The notes beneath the pieces were generated by a model. It saw only the letters and a list, made by a program, of their open reading frames with translations. It was not told the DNA's origin and did no database searches. A program made the position numbers and the translations under genes. 36,258 nucleotides of DNA from a virus (lineage: Duplodnaviria; Caudoviricetes): IMG/VR virus record IMGVR_UViG_3300037511_000277, positions 1-36,258 of that record; one strand, 5' to 3'. Below, in pieces: positions 31,054 to 36,258 of this stretch (its first letter is position 1; every line of letters begins with the position of its first letter).

Positions 31054-33020
31054 CGCGCCCCCTCTTCCTTCACGCGCAAGCCGATGGTATCGATCGTCCA
31101 CGCGCGCGCGACCCCGCCGTCATCGATCGTCAGCTCCAGAGTCTTGCAGTCACCAAGCGTCAGGTTTTCAATCTTCACGTCATCGCGACTCAGCGTCGCA
31201 TCGCCACTGATCGTGACGGCGGCTGGAATCGTCTCCTGCCCGTAGTTGCGGATCGCGCTGAGATTGAACGTGCAGCCCGTGGCCTTGGCCGTGATGAAGC
31301 CTTCGCCCACGCCGCCGCGTTTGTCGCGGCCGCCGGGGTTGAACGCTTTCGTTTTGAACGTGCCGGTGTAGGCCGTCGCGCGCGCGCCACCGTCGGTATA
31401 GACACCATCGGCGTCGTACATCACGAGCGGGCCGTCTGGGTCCGTCGTGCCGTTGTTGACCTGCGCGACGTAGGGCTTGAGGTCAAGCGACATGGTGGCG
31501 CCGAGTGTCTTGCTGAACATCACCGCCGCGAGCGCCGACGCGATGTCGCCCGTGAACGTCGTCCAGCCGCCGCGCACCGAGCCATCGCCCTGGCGCTTCG
31601 CGAAGGGGATGTTCAACACGAGCACGGTCCCCGGCGTATTGCCGGTACCGACCCACCACCAGATTTGATGTTTTTGCTCGTAGTAGAGGCCGAAGGGCAG
31701 GGTGGTCGGCGCCTTACTGATCGTAGACCACGTGCCAAACTCCAGATCGCGGCCGAGATATTCCAGCCCGTAGGGCCCGAGCCGATACGGCCCGCGCCGC
31801 GACAGAAAGTAGAGGCACTGGTTGCCGGCGTCGTCTTCGCCGCGCACGATCGAGCGGTGCGAGAGCGCGCCGACGGTCTGGCTGATGACAGTACGCGTAT
31901 AGGGCTTCGTCGCATTTGACGTGGCGTTCAACCGATAGATGCGCGCCGTCTTGAACGCGTACGGCGTGCCACTCAGCATCGCCGCGCCGGTTAATCCCCC
32001 GCCATCACTCGGGTCGAGATCGAGATAGTTGGTAGACGGAACGCGTTCGTCATCAGCGCTAGGAAACGCGCTCGTATGTAGCAGCGGCGTGAACCACATG
32101 CGCGATTGATAGGCCGTCGTTTCCCAGGAGGAAAACAGCAACAACCGCGCGCCGTCCACCAACAGATATCTAGGGCTGGGCGGGACGGTGTAATAGTCGA
32201 GATCAGCAGCCGGCGCCGTCAGGGACGGCTGCGGCGTATTCGCGTACGCACTCGGCGCGACGCTGTCATCGTAGGTCGTCGTCGCGATCGCAATGGCACC
32301 GCTGATGAGGTAAAAGTTGACGTTGTCCAGCGAGCCGTACACCAGCCACGCTGTTTCGTGCTCACCCGCGGCCGTCGGCCGCGTGATGCGCGCCGCCGTG
32401 CCCGCGCCGGATGGCGTGAAGGAGACGGCATCAGACAAGGGCGAGAGCGGCTGATTCAGCGCGACACCGTTGTTGTACCACTGCACCTTGTACCAGCGTT
32501 GCACAGCGGCGTAGGCACCCGCGCCCGTATTCGCGACAGTCGGCGCAGCGCCCGGTTTGGCCAGGCCGGCGCGACGCAGACTCGTGCCGTCCCACACGTG
32601 GAGGCGATCGATTGCAGAGTCGTACGCGATGAACGCCTTGCCGTTGAAGCTCACCAGATCGGATTGACTCGCATTGCTAATGGCATCACCGACCGTCACC
32701 GCCGCGAAGTTCGCGCTAGCTGCGAGGCGCCCCAGCACCACCGTCGCACTCGTGTCCATCCCGAACAACTCAGCGGCGGTTTCGTCATTCGTGGGCGTGT
32801 GGCGCCAGACGCTCACCAGCGACTTGCCCGACCCCCACGGCTCGGTACCGATGTTGTTCTGGCCGCCCTGCCGGCGCTGCGCGATGTTGGTCTGCGTCCA
32901 CTCGACGTTCTGCGCGATCTGGAGCTGGTTGTCGGCGATCCTCTCGGGCGGATCGGTGGTGTTCAGACCCCCCGTGAGGTCATCGATCCACGCGAGCCCG
33001 TTCTTCGACGGTTCCAGCAT
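31050..33020 (-). CDS. Tail nozzle / packaged-DNA stabilisation protein (P22 gp10 / T7 gp12-like)
   Basis: GGLN...P..I..NQ...A.NV....RR.G N-terminus, beta-propeller-like body, 656 aa after adaptor. Confidence 0.75.
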   Translation of the reverse strand: MLEPSKNGLAWIDDLTGGLNTTDPPERIADNQLQIAQNVEWTQTNIAQRRQGGQNNIGTEPWGSGKSLVSVWRHTPTNDETAAELFGMDTSATVVLGRLAASANFAAVTVGDAISNASQSDLVSFNGKAFIAYDSAIDRLHVWDGTSLRRAGLAKPGAAPTVANTGAGAYAAVQRWYKVQWYNNGVALNQPLSPLSDAVSFTPSGAGTAARITRPTAAGEHETAWLVYGSLDNVNFYLISGAIAIATTTYDDSVAPSAYANTPQPSLTAPAADLDYYTVPPSPRYLLVDGARLLLFSSWETTAYQSRMWFTPLLHTSAFPSADDERVPSTNYLDLDPSDGGGLTGAAMLSGTPYAFKTARIYRLNATSNATKPYTRTVISQTVGALSHRSIVRGEDDAGNQCLYFLSRRGPYRLGPYGLEYLGRDLEFGTWSTISKAPTTLPFGLYYEQKHQIWWWVGTGNTPGTVLVLNIPFAKRQGDGSVRGGWTTFTGDIASALAAVMFSKTLGATMSLDLKPYVAQVNNGTTDPDGPLVMYDADGVYTDGGARATAYTGTFKTKAFNPGGRDKRGGVGEGFITAKATGCTFNLSAIRNYGQETIPAAVTISGDATLSRDDVKIENLTLGDCKTLELTIDDGGVARAWTIDTIGLRVKEEGAR

Positions 33021-33977
33021 TTACGTTCCGCTCGGAAACCACGCGCCGAGCCGCGACGGCCGATCGAAGTCGCGCCGTGGCGGCGTCGGCAGATCCCACA
33101 GCCAGCGATTCAAGCTCTTTTCGGCCTCCGCGAGGTCGCTGCGCACGAGCGAGTAGCGGCTGTCATCGCGCCGCTTCAGCTCCTCGCATTGCGCGCCGAG
33201 CGACAGCATGAAGTGATAGTCGGGCGGCAGTTGCGGCTCGTCCTGATCTGATTCCAGGTTGCGCAGCTCCCCGGTGAAGTCGCACGTGTAGGTCAGCGAC
33301 GCCGAGGGCGTCGGCCAGAGCTGTACCTGGAAGTAGCGCGCCTTCGTGCGCCCCGGCTGAATCACGCCCAGCGTGGCGCCCGCGCCGCTCGTCTGCGTGA
33401 ACGTGATCGTCAGGCCCGTGCTCGGCCCCTGATAGGTGAGGCCCAGCACCTGCACGATCGTCGAGGCTGTCCCGAGCTGCACCGCCGTCGTGCCGTTGAG
33501 CGCCGTGACGCCGGTCGAGCGCTGCCCGTTCGACAGCAGGAAGTCCCAGCCGATCTGCGTCGTATCCGAGCCACTCGACACGGCGTAGACCTTGTCGGCG
33601 CTGGACGGATGATTGGCGACCGGGAACCAGCCCTTCGGGATGTAGGCGCTCGGCGTGCCGCTGGTGTTCATCGCCGACGACTGATAGCGCAGCCATGACA
33701 GGTCGCGCAGCCGCAACGACCAGCGATTGGTGATGTCGTAGACGCCGTTCAAGCGGCCCATCGGCTCCGCGAAGCCGTAGACCGCCTGGCCCGTGGTCGT
33801 CGTCAACGTCTCCTCGAAGTCACGGAGCAGCCGCGCGAATCCGGGCTGTGTCAGGAGCCGCCGGTGCCACGTGTTGATGCCGCGCTTGATGCGCGTACGC
33901 GCTTCGCTCTGCGTGCCACTCGTCAGCGAGTAGCCCAGCGCGTCGAGCGCGTCGTCGGCGAGTTCAGCGAACGTCAT
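33021..33977 (-). CDS. Head-tail adaptor / tail tubular protein A-like
   Basis: MTFAEL...IN...; G.P..Y; LWPTP; D.P.LP.DYH motifs. Confidence 0.75.
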   Translation of the reverse strand: MTFAELADDALDALGYSLTSGTQSEARTRIKRGINTWHRRLLTQPGFARLLRDFEETLTTTTGQAVYGFAEPMGRLNGVYDITNRWSLRLRDLSWLRYQSSAMNTSGTPSAYIPKGWFPVANHPSSADKVYAVSSGSDTTQIGWDFLLSNGQRSTGVTALNGTTAVQLGTASTIVQVLGLTYQGPSTGLTITFTQTSGAGATLGVIQPGRTKARYFQVQLWPTPSASLTYTCDFTGELRNLESDQDEPQLPPDYHFMLSLGAQCEELKRRDDSRYSLVRSDLAEAEKSLNRWLWDLPTPPRRDFDRPSRLGAWFPSGT

Positions 33978-34404
33978 CGTGCCATCCGTGTGCCCGTGCC
34001 CAGGGTTGCGCCCGCCGCTGCACCACCGCGTAGAAGCGACGGAACGGCCGCGACCGCGTCAGGCGATCCTCCAGATTCAAACAAGCTCCCTGCGCGTCCT
34101 GCTCCCACGCCTCACCCGTCACGCGGCCGCAGAGGAAGCGCCGACAGGAGTACGGCCGCACCGCGTAGACCGTGCACAAGCCCTTCCCAGCCGCATCGCG
34201 CCGGAAGTAGGGGCAAGGCCGTGCCCGTAAGAACACCCAGCCATCCGCCTGCGTGACGAACTCCGCGGCGACTTCGGGCCGCGCCGCCATGAGCGCGTCT
34301 CGCTCCTGCGCGGTCAGCGTCACGCCGATCGGCTGCGTGCAGCAGTCGCCTTCGCGGCGACACTGCCAGGGCACCTCGACAGGCCGCAGCGGAATGACGC
34401 GCAT
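33964..34404 (-). CDS. YkgJ-family (CxxCxxCC-type) Fe-S/Zn cysteine-cluster protein
   Basis: CRREGDCC...CPYF...C.VY..RP..CR.F.C; the second Cys of the motif is replaced by Glu. Confidence 0.8.
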   Translation of the reverse strand: MRVIPLRPVEVPWQCRREGDCCTQPIGVTLTAQERDALMAARPEVAAEFVTQADGWVFLRARPCPYFRRDAAGKGLCTVYAVRPYSCRRFLCGRVTGEAWEQDAQGACLNLEDRLTRSRPFRRFYAVVQRRAQPWARAHGWHDDVR

Positions 34405-34931
34405 CAGATCAGCGCCGGCACGCCTTCCACCATCTCGCGCAGCATGTCGGTCATCGAGCGCGGCAGGTTCGCGCGCACGTCCGGGTCCTTGCACGGGAAC
34501 AGCACCAGCAGCTCCTGCGTATTCGCCACGCCCGGCCGCAGGTTCATCACCGTCCAGTTGCCGTTGTGATAGAGGCCCGGCTGCAGCTGGTTGACGAGAT
34601 CGATCTCCGGCTTCGTCAGTTCGTCCTTGTGCAGGAGGTAGCCGAGCCAGAACACTTTGCCGACCAGCTCTGGCCGCGGCGCGTTCTTCTCGCCGAGCGG
34701 GTTGAAGACCGAGATGCCCGGGTAGCTGCCGACGTTCCACCACTGGCCCGAGAGCTTCTCGAAGACATCGGCCCCGGCTTTCGTGGCCACTTCGGCGATG
34801 GCACTCGCATCCAAGCGATTGCCGGCGACCAGCTCCCGTACGACCGCAAGCAGGTCATCCCGTGTCAGGCCCGGCGCGGTCGGGGCCGGTATCTCTTGCG
34901 TCGGCGGTGGTTTCTGTTCGTCCTTGGCCAT
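34404..34931 (-). CDS. Hypothetical protein
   Basis: MAKDEQK..., SD AGGAG, 175 aa. Confidence 0.75.
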   Translation of the reverse strand: MAKDEQKPPPTQEIPAPTAPGLTRDDLLAVVRELVAGNRLDASAIAEVATKAGADVFEKLSGQWWNVGSYPGISVFNPLGEKNAPRPELVGKVFWLGYLLHKDELTKPEIDLVNQLQPGLYHNGNWTVMNLRPGVANTQELLVLFPCKDPDVRANLPRSMTDMLREMVEGVPALI

Positions 34932-34938
34932 AGCTCTC

Positions 34939-36000
34939 CTAAATGAACGCCGAGTGGAGCCCGTCCTCCATGAACGCGCGTTCCACGAGGGTGTTGTAGC
35001 CCGCGTAGCGACACGGGGCACATTTCGTCACGTCGATCGCATCGACCATCGCGCGATGCTGGTCGTTCCACCACACGTCCTTGAAGGCGTGCTGCAAGAC
35101 CGAGCCGGCGCGGAAGTTCGGCAGGCCCCGCATCTGGCAGCAGTGGTAGATGTAGCCGTCGGCGTTGATGACCGTGGTCAGCGGGCCGATGTGGCAGGCG
35201 TTGAACGGCTTCGCCGCGCCCTGCAGCTGATCGAAGCGCGACACCATGCCGATAACCCGGAAGTGATCCGTCGCGAGCGCCTTGGCCCGCTCCAGCGCCG
35301 CACGCGCGCGATCGACGTTGGCATCCGAGAGCGCCCGCGAGAAGCCGCCGCCGCGCCATTCCGTCGCGAAGACGGGTCGCACCTCGAGGTAATTGCCGCC
35401 GGCGTCGCGCACCAGTTCGGCCGCGCGCTCGATCTCATCGACGTTGCAGTCGAAGACACAGAAGGACGCGCCCAGCGTCAGGCGATCGCCCGCCATCTCA
35501 CGCGTTTTGCGGATGTTCGCGAGGATCGCGTCCAGTTCGGGTTTCGGGGTCGCGTGCAGGAGCTGATGCGTTTGCGGCGTACCGGCGTCCAGACTGATCC
35601 GACAGAACACAGCGTGCTTCGCGATCATCTCGCGCGCATCGCCCAGGAGCAGGCGCCCATTCGTGACGACGCCATACTGCAACCCCTGTTCGTTCGCGGT
35701 GTAGAAGATGACCGGCGCATGCTTGTGGGTCAGCGGTTCCCCGCCGCCCGTGAACGTCACCGACTTGACCCCCACCGCCGCAAACTCGTGCATCAGCGCG
35801 ACCGCGCGCGCCATCGGAAACTGCACCCAGTTCTCTTGCCGGAAGCCGTTGAAGCTGCACCACGGACACCCGTGATTGCAGGTGTTGGACAAGTCGAATT
35901 CGACCGAGACGGGATAGACCACTTCGTGACGCAGCATCGCCTCGATGCGATCGCCGTGCCGCAGCAACTTCATCGGCTGGAAAGGAGACACTTCAAGCAT
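34939..36000 (-). CDS. Radical SAM protein with C-terminal SPASM/Twitch-type domain
   Basis: CNHGCPWC (CxxxCxxC), GGGEP, TNG, ISLD; C....INADG.IY.CC...G.V....F..VW...C..C. Confidence 0.93.
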   Translation of the reverse strand: MLEVSPFQPMKLLRHGDRIEAMLRHEVVYPVSVEFDLSNTCNHGCPWCSFNGFRQENWVQFPMARAVALMHEFAAVGVKSVTFTGGGEPLTHKHAPVIFYTANEQGLQYGVVTNGRLLLGDAREMIAKHAVFCRISLDAGTPQTHQLLHATPKPELDAILANIRKTREMAGDRLTLGASFCVFDCNVDEIERAAELVRDAGGNYLEVRPVFATEWRGGGFSRALSDANVDRARAALERAKALATDHFRVIGMVSRFDQLQGAAKPFNACHIGPLTTVINADGYIYHCCQMRGLPNFRAGSVLQHAFKDVWWNDQHRAMVDAIDVTKCAPCRYAGYNTLVERAFMEDGLHSAFI

Positions 36001-36258
36001 GCGCGGCCTTCACGATCTGCGCCGCGCGCGCCTTGTCCTGCCACGCGACCGCCGCGCGCGCCACGTCCCGCGTGACGCCGTCGATGACCGGCGCGGCGGT
36101 GATGTGGCCGCACTCGATCGAGGTATCCACCAGCACGGTGAAGCCCGCCTCCTGAATGCGGCGGCAGGCGAATACGTCGTGCGTCATCTGGCCGCCGTGC
36201 TTGTCGGCGGTGCCAAAGAACGGCTTTTCCACCTTCTCGATCAGGCGCCGCGACATCA
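35993..36258 (-). CDS. Glycosyltransferase (GT2-like) C-terminal part, 5'-truncated by window edge
   Basis: D..FAC..I.EAGF.V.VDT.I.CGHI motif typical of phage GT-A proteins. Confidence 0.65.
   Translation of the reverse strand, partial: MSRRLIEKVEKPFFGTADKHGGQMTHDVFACRRIQEAGFTVLVDTSIECGHITAAPVIDGVTRDVARAAVAWQDKARAAQIVKAAHA

Larger units (their letters stand above)
1..36258. mobile_element. Temperate tailed phage genome (podovirus-like), apparently in excised/circular configuration
   Basis: Terminase, portal, adaptor/nozzle, ejection-type proteins, cI/cro switch, tyrosine integrase and an intact attP are present. No host housekeeping genes are seen, and virion genes are split across the two window edges. 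Confidence 0.95.

Overview
High-GC temperate tailed-phage genome segment with podovirus-like (P22/T7-style short-tail) architecture, almost entirely encoded on the minus strand. Read right to left, it contains a glycosyltransferase (cut by the window edge), a radical SAM enzyme, a YkgJ-type Cys-cluster protein, head-tail adaptor and nozzle, five ejection-type proteins, fibre/decoration proteins, and a separately promoted module (HTH, secreted FN3 protein, glycoside-hydrolase fusion, membrane proteins, stand-alone PAS domain, holin-like protein, permuted papain-like amidase). An intact attP (3' half of tRNA-Lys(TTT), flanked by arm repeats) follows. A short plus-strand lysogeny operon (repressor, two small membrane proteins, tyrosine integrase) converges on attP. 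The leftward early operon then runs cro/CII-like/xis-like, recombination and replication genes, followed by putative terS, terL and a portal gene that runs off the left edge. Capsid/scaffold genes lie outside the window. The most unusual signals are: (1) a candidate pseudoknot-stimulated -1 frameshift that fuses a clan GH-A-like domain onto an upstream protein; (2) a FixL-like PAS domain translationally coupled to a holin-like gene; (3) a chromosomal-type parS site inside attP, next to an integrase with non-canonical catalytic residues; (4) a ~270-nt structured leader RNA starting at a predicted late promoter; (5) a replisome-organizer C-terminal domain preceded by a structured non-coding block instead of its usual N-terminal half; (6) a GT/radical-SAM/YkgJ enzyme cluster inside the virion module. 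All product calls come from motif recognition by eye; no database searches were run.
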